DNA of 64,000 bases, from the NCBI GenBank assembly GCA_964106645.2, contig OZ067039.1, one strand, 5' to 3'. Shown piece after piece: positions 1 through 11,354 of the stretch. The first letter of the stretch is position 1, and the number at the start of each line of letters is the position of its first letter. Source of the DNA: Podarcis pityusensis. Taxonomy: Eukaryota. The notes under the pieces were generated by a model. That model was given only the letters and a program-made list of their open reading frames with translations. It did not search any database and was not told the DNA's origin. A program made the translations under genes and the position numbers.

Positions 1-1954
1 GCAGGCTTCAAGCTGTGTTATCTTATTCCTGTTGTGAGGTATTTAGTACTGAGCCTGTATGAAACAGGAGGGACTATATATTAGCCATAGTAATGAAAGA
101 GAGTCAGCCTTGAAAAAATAATTTTGCTAAATTGAAAACATTGTTCCCCCCTGCCCGAAATGTTTTTTAGAATATGCTTCTGGCATATAATCTTCCTCCC
201 TCTAAGTTTCCAGCAGCTTCTTTTCTCTTTGAGTCTTAACTTATTTGGGCAAGGCTTGCTGTCCTTTTATCTTGACACTATTCTGTTTCCAAAAAGCTAG
301 ACACATCATTTATCATTCGCTGCTTCATTTACTTCTTCCTACTTCAAGGTGCTGAATTACAAGGAAAAAATGGAAAATTTGCAACCCTGATATTGCCGTG
401 GAAATGCATCAGCAATTTTTTTTAGCATTTTTATTAAAGTTATCTAAAAAGTTAAATTGAACCAATTGAAGTACAAAAGAACAATATAATGGTACAGTAG
501 CTATTTATGGTTTGTTGTTTTTCTGGAGTGCTGCTGATTTTCTTTGCAGTGCATTTAAACTCTTTTTAAAGATAATGCCTGTGTGCCTGGAGGACCATCA
601 TGATCACACATGACCCACACCTAATTTCCAGATGTTGAGCATAACATCAGCATAGGTAGATCCCAACACATGTAGACTCTAATCACTGATCTGTATATCG
701 CAAAACTGAATCATACTGGATCACATTATTCATGCCTATGAAGATTGGGTTCTACACATGTAGACCCCTACGAAGAAGTTGTATGATCATCATAGGATCA
801 GGCTGTAACTAAATCTGATTTATTATTTTCAGGGGGGGAAAGAGCAGTTTTTTATTTTTCAGTTCTTATTATATTACATGCACAGCATCCTGAAGCCCCC
901 CATGCTGGAGTGCCTGGTATCTTGTGAGCCTGTAGAATTTGACTATTCTACTATGTTAAATGCTGAACTGGTCCTTTGAATAGTTTTTTTTTAAAAAAAT
1001 CTGGTGTTATAAGAACCTCAAAAGGAGAGTCATAATATAAAACCCAAAGTTATATTTCTCAACAAAAAACCCACACGTCCTCCCCCTCCCTCCCAAAATC
1101 ATTATCTCTTAAGAAGTTTCCTTCCATTTTAAATTTTGTGCATATCATTTACAATTAGGAAATGTAGATGTCTCATGAAATCTAAAAATACTCCTTTGCA
1201 ATAGCACTTAAAAAGAAATGGCAATGTGTTTACCTTTAAAAATCAAAGCAAATGGGAGTGGGAGAATCTGGACTTCGTTACTGGGTTTAATCTAATTATT
1301 CTTGCATTTCAAAGGACAAACACACACCCTTCTATTTGGAGTAGGAATGCTGAAGATCTTAAAAATAAATTCTATTATACACACACACACAAAGGAGGAG
1401 TTGGTATTAACATTGACAGAAACAAACGGTGGGTTGGGGGTTTTTCATATTAGAATTTCAGGCAAGACAACGTGCACTAACCTAGCGATATACACTTGTT
1501 GTAAAAGGTCGAACTTTTGGGCCAGTTCACACAACATGATTTGCAGGCACAAATCTTGTAAATGATCTCTGACCTCGGGAATCTTGACATCTCCACCAAA
1601 ATGCCTCATACTGTGGCTATATCCCTGACAGCTGCACCGACATGTTGGCCAGGGGGTGGGGAGCTCCCTTCCCACACAATACATCACATACTGCCTGAGC
1701 ACAGTGCTTGGAAGTCTTTGGGCCAGCCAAAGCAGGAGGCTGTCACCCTATGGGGAGAGCATGTCTTCCAAGCGTAGTGTGAAATGTTTACAGAGTTGGT
1801 CGTGTTAGAAGGGGAGCATTCAAAACCATTCTTTACAAATAAAACCAAGAACACAATCCTTTCAGAATGAGGTTTGGGGACTGTCGCTCCATCTGCCTTT
1901 CGGCAATCTCTGCTTCTACTGTGAACTGTGCCCTCTGTCCAAGAAATAGAAACC

Positions 1955-2003
1955 AATAATAATAATAATAATAATAATTATTATTATTATTATTATTATT
2001 ATT
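1955..2003. repeat. (AAT)n abutting (ATT)n: inverted microsatellite
   Basis: aataat...aat followed directly by tattatt...att. Confidence 0.9.
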
Positions 2004-2075
2004 CTACCTTGTGTGGAATTTGTAATATCCAGGCAGAAGGTATTCAAATTTCCCTTGCCTTAGTGTTTCTTCTCT

Positions 2076-3579
2076 TTTTTTTTGTATAATATTTATTAAT
2101 TTTCCAACAATTTAAACACAACACTACAAAAGAAAAAACATAAAGAAAAAAACAAAAAATAAAAACATGCGATACAATACAAAAACACTACAAAACACTA
2201 ACACATAAAACTAATAAGACAAAAACAAAACCATTTCATTATCTTATCTTTCGTTCACTTGTTTCCACGACCTCCTCACACCTCCCTTTTTGTATTCCAC
2301 TTCTGTTAATTGTTTCAGCAATTCCTTTCCATCTTACTCTGTTTTCTATCCTATAATTATCTTAACACATTCTAACCTTATTTTTCCCTTTAATATTCTA
2401 TTAATCTACTTATACTTAATTCCTTATAACATTTCTGCTAAAGCCATATAACTTCATTCCAACATTTTTCTAACATTCATTAATTTTACAGTATTTCTGT
2501 AAATAATCTTTAAACTTTTTCCAGTCTTCTTCCACCGATTCTTCTCCCTGGTCTCGGATTCTGCCAGTCATTTCCGCCATTTCCATATAGTCCATCAACT
2601 TCATCTGCCATTCTTCCCGGGTGGGTAATCTTGTGTTTTCCAATACTTCACAATAAGTATTCTTGCTGCTGTTGTTGCATACATAAAAAAAGTTCTATCC
2701 TTCTTTAACACCAATTGGCTGACCATGCCCAGGAGAAAGGCCTCTGGTTTCTTCAGGAAGGTATATTTAAATACCTTTTTCATTTCATTATAAATCATCT
2801 CCCAGAATGTCTTAATCCTTGGGCATGTCCACCAAAGGTGAAAGAATGTGCCTTCAGTTTCATTACATTTCCAACATTTATTGTCAGGTAACTTATAAAT
2901 TTTTGCAAGCTTGACTGGTGTCATGTACCACCTATAAATCATTTTCATTAAATTCTCTCTTAAGGCATTACATGCCGTAAATTTCATACCTGTGGTCCAT
3001 AACTGTTCCCAGTCAGCCATCATAATGTTATGTCCAACGTCTTGTGCCCATTTAATCATAGCAGATTTCACCATTTCATCCTGAGTGTTCCATTTCAACA
3101 GCAAGTTATACATTTTTGACAAATTCTTAGTTTTTGGATCTAACAATTCTGTTTCCAATTTTGATTTTTCCACCTGGAAACCAGCTTTTTTATCCAGGTT
3201 ATATGCCTCCATTATTTGATAGTAATGGAGCCAATCTCGCACTCTGTTTTTCAATTTTTCAAAGCTCTGCAGTTTTATTCTGTCTCCATCTTGTTCTAAA
3301 ATTTCCCAATATTTCGGCCATTTGGCCTCCATATTGAGTTTTTTCTGAGCCTTCGCTTCCATTGGTGACAACCATCTTGGGGTTTTATTTTCTAGCAAAT
3401 CCTTATATCTTATCCAAACATTAAACAGTGCTTTTCTAACAATATGGTTTTTAAACGCTTTATGTGCTTTTACCTTATCATACCACAAATATGCATGCCA
3501 GCCAAATACATTGTTAAAACCTTCTAAATCCAGCACAAGAAGTAGCCATACTTCTCAAGAAGTAGCCATTCTCTCAGCC
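2076..3579 (-). mobile_element. 5'-truncated L1-clade LINE (ORF2 C-terminus, 3'UTR, poly(A)) with 14-bp TSD
   Basis: ORF 2601..3536 has the L1 ORF2 CCHC knuckle CWKC...GTFFHLWWTC; a frameshifted continuation ends at TAG 2470-2472; AATAAA at 2092-2097 and A-tail on minus strand; agtgtttcttctct at 2062-2075 and 3580-3593. Confidence 0.9.
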
Positions 3580-4529
3580 AGTGTTTCTTCTCTCTCTCTC
3601 TTTCTGCCTGCCTCCTTGCTTGCTTCAAATCGCTTATCTGGGGGAACTGCTCGCTTTCTCATTCCATCCAGGAAAAGGGTTTCCCCAGAAACTGCACTCC
3701 CACTTTTTGGAGTTTTAAGCACTGGTGCCTGCTTACTGTTGGGTGGATGATGAAGACCAGACTAGAATTAGCTGATTCCACCTGACACTGGTTCTCACTC
3801 TTCCTACTGTTGGGGCTTCTTGCTTTTCACCTCACCAGCTACCACTGTTGTCTCAGCTGGGGGAAAACAGTCCTTCCTTCAGTGGTAAATGGAAGGGTAA
3901 GAGACATCCATGGAACAAAGGGAGATTTTTTTGATGGATTAGTTTGCACTCTCCACTAGCCTCCTGTCTCACCTCTGCCTTCCTTTTCTGTGTTGCCATA
4001 CATATCCATCTATGTACCAGGTGTGAGGCTCAGGAAGAAGACTTGATCCCACCTTCCCACAGTTCTCTTATGCATGCCTAGAATTCTGGACCCTTACTTT
4101 ATAAAACTTTGCACTTGGTTTGCTCTTCTACTTTATTAAAATCCTGTCTAGAACTAGCTTATTAAACACCTTCAGCTATATAGTACAATAACTTCTAGGA
4201 AGAATAGAATTAATAGGCCAGGAATATATAGCAATGTCAAGGATGGCTAAATTTTATATTACATTAATCTTTGGGAGGAAATTCTCTGATTTGGTCACCA
4301 ACTCATAGTTAACAAGTTCCATTAGGAAAAGTGACTCAGCTCTGCTCACCCATTTATGTAAAGAGAAACATTCAGAAAGCTTGATGCAATGTCTGGAAGA
4401 CTTGCTCTGTTTTTTTAATTTCAATTGCTTCTGCTTTGTGGCTTCCCACTTCTTACATAATATGTTAATGCTTTCCCTAACATAACAATTAGAGTGAAGC
4501 TGGAACGTTTCAGGAAGGCAACCACGTTA

Positions 4530-4620
4530 ACCTTATGGTACCTTAAAGACTAAGAGATTTATGGTGCAATAGATAACTTACTGTGGACTAGAGACCACTT
4601 TTTTCCAGATGCTTGAAGCA
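4530..4620. mobile_element. Possible Penelope-like terminal fragment
   Basis: ggtaccttaaagactaagagattt...gtggactagagaccact...cagatgc resembles sauropsid Penelope termini (from recall only). Confidence 0.4.
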
Positions 4621-5114
4621 TCTTCTGTTGACCAGGTATAAAGGATAGGAATGGAATGCCTCTTGAAACCAGTAGCAAAGTGTTGTGGAAGATGGACATA
4701 TTACCTCACTGAATTTCTGAAAGTTTTTCTGCTTCCCTGGAAGCCATCGTATTCATAGTTGACATGGAGAAGCACGACTCAGTTCCTGTCCTTAAAGGCC
4801 TAAGTTATCTTTGCCTGAGATAACTCAAGGGCATCTAAGGCTGCAGCCAACCTCTGGGGCTGGAGAAGTGTGTCTTAATGGAGCGGCAGTCCTTCAGCTC
4901 ATGCTGGCTGAGGTGGAAGACTGGAAGGAGGCAGGTATATCACTTCGCTAGCCTGAATACTGCCAGTAACACTTCTGCCCACTTACACATTGGGCTGGTG
5001 GAATGGAGAATTCTGTATAGGCAGCACTCTCCAAGTAGAGGCTGGCACAACTAGGTGGAGGGACACCCTGCCTGATGCAAGGGGGATTCTGTTTGCAACA
5101 TAATCTACACCAGC

Positions 5115-5427
5115 CAGTGCTGGATTTATGTATAAGCTAAACAAGCTATAGCTTAGGGCCCCACTCTCTTGGGGGGGGGGTGGAGTTAAAAGTATTTCAC
5201 TATTAATATACTTCTTAATTGTATTTCAGTTCAAAAATTACTTTGATGAAATACTATTTTGTTAGGTGCAAATGGCTTTAGATACCTATTAGGTCCATAA
5301 ATTACCCTATAGCATATATTCAACAAAAAACAGCGACAATTTGTTGTTGACAAAGGACAGCTGGACATATAAAGGGCCCCATTACCTTCAGTAGCTTAGG
5401 GCCTCATCAAACCTAAATCCGGCCCTG
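5115..5427. mobile_element. Non-autonomous hAT element (MITE)
   Basis: TIRs cagtgctggattta / taaatccggccctg; 8-bp TSD acaccagc (5107-5114) vs acacccgc (5428-5435). Confidence 0.8.
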
Positions 5428-8331
5428 ACACCCGCCTCCGCCAACCTGGTGCCCTCCAGATGTTGTTGGATTACAGTTCCCATAACCTTCTCTGCAGTAT
5501 TATCTGTCCTGGCTGCTACTTCTGATTTCTTGCTCTTCTTCACTCTTTTTGTATGCTTGCCAGCTTCATTTCTATACACTAATCTCAAACTACCTTCCAA
5601 CACTATAAGCCAGCCGGAAAGGCAATATAGTTGACTATATTTCTGTTTCCTATATTAACTAGGTTTCTTCTTCCTTCCCACTCTTAAGTTTCAGTTTCTT
5701 GAGTTTGTATTTTCCATGATATTTTGCATCCCTGGCAAGAACAACCTTTAAACAGAAAGTAACCATTTTATAACTTAAAAAGCAAATGCATAATGTCTGA
5801 ACAGTTTCGTTCATGTTGGGCATTCCTTTCACAATGTGCTTTCCAGTTCAGAAAATAGTGATATTTGGCAGCTGTAAAAACATTCAATCTGATGCATTAA
5901 CCATTTAACATTTTGTCCTACTTCTCTGTTTATACAAATTATTAATAAATATGTTGTTTGAACCCATGGGACTCCTTTACTAACTACGTTAAGACTCTTG
6001 TCTTCAGAAGCTAGCTAATTTCCACTTGGTTTATTACCTTTAAAAAGTATTTTATTTTAGATTTAAACTTACACGTGCTTATGATTACATTATTTCACGA
6101 TAACAGAATTCCTATGGATTCCAGTGGAACATACCAATTAAAGCATTTGTTTGTTTAGGCATTTGTTGACTGTCCAGGAACAACATTTCTTGGGTGGTTC
6201 ACCACCTTCAAAGAGAAAACAACACCCTCCAGCTTCCATCATGTCTTGGCCTTGTTTTTTGCCTAATTATATCAAAGAGCCATTTAATAAAATGGCTATG
6301 AAAGAATTTCAAAAGTGAATAGTTGGATTCAGAATTAAGCATACATAACAATGCTGGCAGCAGCAGACGTGCCTCCTTTCTCCTCTGCAGTGCAGCCTCC
6401 TCAAAAATGGTCCATCAAGGTTTGGGGGACCCTGCTGAATGTATAGGCTGCAGCATGGGCAGATGGGTGATTCCCCCCCCCCATCAGGCAAAGGCAACCC
6501 CAGAGAGTGGGAGCTCTGCTTGTGAAATACACTTTTGCCCAGTTTTTCAGGATCCATCCTTCCCCCTCAGCCCTCCCCATGCCACAGTGCACCCTGTTTC
6601 ACAGGGAAGAGGAGTGGAGAAATCAGTTCCACCGGCCCCATTATAGATGCTTAATTCTGGAGTCAGCCCATAACTTCTATTCAATCCCTAACTGTCAATC
6701 AGGTGCTTTAGCTAAATATACATTCTGCTAAATGTTTGGTGTTTTGCTCTTGACTTTCTAAAATACTTTGAGGTGTGGCGTTCTCTCAGTGGCAGTGGAC
6801 TGCTTGAACAATTGTTTCTCCCTGGGGAAATGGCAGCGTGTTTTGAAAGCTCTTTGTATCTGTAAACTATCCATGCCAATATACGTACATTTGTAAGACG
6901 GCGAAACTCTGCATCCACCAAAAGTGCTGTGCTCCAGGACACTGTGGGCACGCACCTGAGTGCATAACCTACATGCTTCCTGGCATTACACCCTGGAAAC
7001 CTCAGCCATACTGTCTGGACCCATTGTTGTGCTCCTACAAGTGATGTCACTGTGGCTGGGAGGGGACGTTTGAACAACCCCTGGCTAGAGGGGATTGAGG
7101 GATGTGTGGGAATTGTGTGGGAGGGAAGATCCAGAGAGAATTTTTTTTTTTAATTCCAAACATATGCTTGCCCCTGACCACAGTTTAGTGCATGTGTGTG
7201 TGTGTGACTTAATTCTGTATATCCTGTCACCATGTTAATCTGCCACTTAATGTGCTTTGTAAATAAATAGTATATTGAGTAGTAATCCATATAAAGCAAT
7301 TCTTTATATGTGTACTTTGTTCATAAGAATACATGAAAGGCTATCGTATATTAACTATTAATGCCTCAACTCCCACTGACTGGCAAAACCACATTATACC
7401 AGCTTTACAGGTAAAAAAACTTGGAGATATGAACTTTGAGATATGAGAAATCATATAAAGACTTAGTTTTATATTCTTCCAGGAACAGTTTCGCAAACAG
7501 TCAAAATTATCCATCACAAATCTACCGGGGGTGGGGGAAAATATGTCCCCGTTTTCCTAGTCACAATCTTAATATGTGGTTGCCATATGTTTGGTGACAA
7601 CATAGAATTTGATTGTTTCCCAATGCTGGGGCTGAATTTGGCCATGGGAAAGCAGGAGGTAGAAGACTGGCTCAGCCACCGAATAGCACTGTTTTTTCGC
7701 TAACAGGGAATTTGCCTGTCATCTGTGTTTGCATGAGCTGTATGCAGTCTGTGAGCCAGGAGTTCACGGAGGTCAGCAGCATTGTCGTACATGATCTCTA
7801 ACATAGCTGCAATGCATCGGAGATTGTGGAAATGACTATGGCTGAGAGCCATAAGCTCTCAACTCACTTCTTACCAAGCTGGCATGAAAGCCATGTAAGA
7901 AGCAGCCCAGTGGAGTGTAGGTATTAGCCCAAAGGCTACCGTCATCTACTACCATCAGAGTGTTCGTCCTGCAAAAAGTTGTAAATTGGATCCCACGAGA
8001 AGTGGAAATGTAAAGAAAATTAAGGGAGATTTGTCTGAATACAAAAATATTCAATACATATCCAACAGATGAGTAAAAGATTACAATAATAGATTTCTCT
8101 TTCTTTAAATGAAAGATGATTTCAACAACACCTTCCGATAGGCACATGTTTTGGACTGAGCCTCACTCAGATGCACTAAAAAGCAATGCAATGCAGGCTG
8201 CAATGGGCTCTTAAACATCATTTCCATTAATCAGAAGATAACTTCTTTGGATGCTTTCATAGCTATGATTTGATAATGGTCCCATCTCATATTGCTCTGT
8301 ATTAATATCTCTTCTTATTTTTTAAATGTAG

Positions 8332-8403
8332 CTTGCAGACGATCAGGGATTGGTTTTGATGACCACTGTTGCCATGCCAGTATTTAGTAAGCAAAATGAG
8401 ACT
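8332..8403 (+). CDS. CACNA2D3: CACNA2D3 internal exon (72 nt, phase 0/0; about exon 15)
   Basis: tttaaatgtag|CTT...ACT|gtaagt; translates LADDQGLVLMTTVAMPVFSKQNET, recognisable alpha2delta-3 Cache-region sequence. Confidence 0.95.
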
Positions 8404-9558
8404 GTAAGTACTCACGCCATACACCAGCCATGTGCTACAAAATCAGCAGAAATGTGAACGTCTTGATGAAGCTATGCATTTCTCGACTGTTGGTATCCTC
8501 TACCTTTTCCCCATAAATGTGTACTTGGTGTTAAAATAGATGCCATACAACATACTTAGCAGCAAAGAACTGAAAAGTAAACTTTCAGTGGTTCTTGAAA
8601 TAAAACGCCTTGTCCCTTTTTAAGAAGAAGCACACATTAAAAATACAAATAACAAGGTTTTGAATACTGTTTAGCATAGTTGGGGTTTTTTGGACTTCAA
8701 ATAGGATGCAATCCAGGTAAAGCTAAACTTTTTTTATTTATGCTTGGAAGCTATTGGTTTCAATAGGATCTAAGCACCCCAATCTTTCCCTGAAGTGTTC
8801 AGATTTGCCACACTATTGTATTGGGCGAACAGCAGCCTACTGTTCAAGGTGGAATAGATCACAGGCAGGAAAAAGGTAACACGTGTGCACCTGTAACCAA
8901 TTTTACCATAGAAATTCCCTGCAACAACATGTGCACATGTTTGTGCATAAGATACTGTACATCTGTGCACACAGACACAAACATGTGTGCTTTTGCTGTC
9001 ACTGTGGTTTTTCTGATTGGAGCAAATGTCTGTAATTATTCTTTTCTTAGACTAGTGCTAGTGTATATATCCAGAAGTATTTCTACTATATTTCTATAAT
9101 AGGGATCTTGGTTTTTAAAAATCTATTTACATTTTATATTTGCATTTACCTTGCCGTTCACATTTAATTCTTGCCTCCTGGGCTTTGCAAGCTATTTGAA
9201 ACAGAAGATAAATTGCATTTTTCTATGCCATATTTTGTCTGGATGGGGCTTCCTGAGTCAGAGTGTTTAATTGAAAGCATCCTTATCAGCTGCAACTTTG
9301 CACACAACCTTTGATTTTATTTCTAGGGTAGGGGAAAGAAGACATCTATTGATTTTGTTTGTGTGCGTATTCAGCCAGATTAGCTGCAGCCACCCATAAT
9401 ACCTTGTCAAATAGTTGGAAGAATTAGCTAGTTATCGGCAGTGCTCAGTGCAGTTTTAATCCATATGGGAAATACTTATTGACTGAATTACTGTGCTCTA
9501 ACTGTAATTGTTTGTTCCAACTAATCTGCATTTTTTTCCAAACAATCTTTTAAAATAG

Positions 9559-9639
9559 AGATCGAAAGGCATTCTTTTGGGAGTGGTGGGCACAGATGTT
9601 CCAGTGAAAGAACTTCTAAAGACTATTCCAAAATACAAG
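9559..9639 (+). CDS. CACNA2D3: CACNA2D3 internal exon (81 nt, phase 0/0)
   Basis: aaatag|AGA...AAG|gtaaat; RSKGILLGVVGTDVPVKELLKTIPKYK. Confidence 0.96.
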
Positions 9640-9809
9640 GTAAATAACATTTTGATTACCAGTTCATTGTATTGACTTAGAAGTAAATTACATTTATATG
9701 CTGCAAAATATCTATTGAATCCGGATATCCTTTTCCGCAAATGAGCAGCGTCTTCTTAAAGGGAAGGGGCCTTTCTTAATGTAACACACAACCATTGTGC
9801 AAGCAAAGA

Positions 9810-9968
9810 GATGGCCCTTGTGGTCTCTTCCAACTCTATGATTCTATGATTCTATTGACAACCATATGTCAGGAGTGCTCTGATGGTGTTTCCTGCTTGG
9901 CAGGGGGTTGGACTTGATGGCCCTTGTGGTCTCTTCCAACTCTATGATTCTATGATTCTATGATTCTA
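9810..9968 (+). mobile_element. Two tandem CR1 LINE 3' ends
   Basis: Identical 45-bp segment at 9810-9854 and 9916-9960, each ending in the (ATTCTATG)n CR1 tail. Confidence 0.8.
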
Positions 9969-11314
9969 AGTGAAATACAACTGTGTGGTTCTGTAGCGCA
10001 AGTTCTTGTGCAATCTCTTTCACAAGGCCTTGTTTGCCAGGCATTGCTCCAGGTGTTGCACACCATTCCAAGATGTGTTCATGCTATAAATTATGTTGTG
10101 CTGAGCCTTCTGTTATCTGCAGAATATTGTCAGTGCTATCATTTCTTCAACGGGTGTAGCTCTAGAGGGGGATCCAACCCATATTATTCAAACAAATTAT
10201 TTATTGGGTGTGCTCTTATGCATAATAAAGCCAGTCTAGGTAAGCTTTCTTCACAGATCATTCCCCCCAAAATGGAATCCCAGATATCTTAATACCTTAG
10301 ATATTACTCAGTAATGTACTATCCCTTTTTCAGAAAAGGCTACAGTTCCCAAATCCTTTAAAAAGAAGTGTGTTGTGGTTTTAAAGAAACCCTTCAAAAC
10401 TTTGCTAAGCGTATCCTCAAGCTCCTGCACGATCATGATAATAACTTACAAGCCCCAGATCTCACTTTCTGGAAACATCAATTTGCTGCACCACGTGGGA
10501 TGTGAGAGGGAAGCAGACCCAAATCCTTTTAGTGCTGCTTCCACTGTAGGGCACTGCCCAGTTGTGTGGCTACCACTGCTCAGGAACAACCAGTGCTGCC
10601 AGTGGAGCTTAGGAAGCAAAACCAGGGAGCAGACTGTAGCGAAAACTCTTAGGAAAGATACTTAAGTTTGCTATGAAGGAAGGTTAGCTACAGGGCTGGG
10701 AAGGAATTTCACACACATTCACAACTGGTGTGGGTCTTTGACCTTCCTCGTAGCAACATTTGTGTTCTGATGGTTGTTGTTCATTATTTTATATTTCACC
10801 ACAACTCATTATTGCAGGTGGAGAGGCATTGGGTTGAATCCAGAGCAGGGATGATCACCTCTCTTCCCTCTGGGAGATCCCCTTAAGGGATCCTGGGTGG
10901 TGCTTCAAGGCCTCAGAGAGGTAGCACACATACTGCATTCCAGGCTGTATGATAGGGTCATGGTATCAGTGCACACAGTGGTTGGCCTGCAAGTCATGCA
11001 CTTCCACCAACAGCTGCCTGATAACTAGATCCCATCCTATGCCACTCCAAAACTCAGTGAGCTGTAACCAATAAAGTTGTGGCCTATTATAACCCACACA
11101 AGCCTATGTGTGGCTTTTCCTCTCCCACATTCCACACTGCAGGCTGCACAATATATCACTGACTTCCTCTTGCTTAGCCAAGCTGCAAAAATGACATAAG
11201 ATATTGGGCAAATGAGAATTTTAGATTGAAGTTGTTGCTATGCAACTAATGCACTCCTTTGCTTGTAAAACTATAAGCAAATATACAAGAGGACAATACA
11301 GCAATGCCCACATG

Positions 11315-11318
11315 CACA

Positions 11319-11354
<36 letters not shown>
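11315..11354. repeat. Compound (CA)n(GA)n microsatellite
   Basis: Direct reading. Confidence 0.9.

Noticed and set aside
1-8331. Search for the 18-nt LPQAQK micro-exon expected upstream of the LADDQ exon
   Set aside because: No convincing match with splice sites seen by eye; it probably lies before the window, but I cannot exclude a miss.
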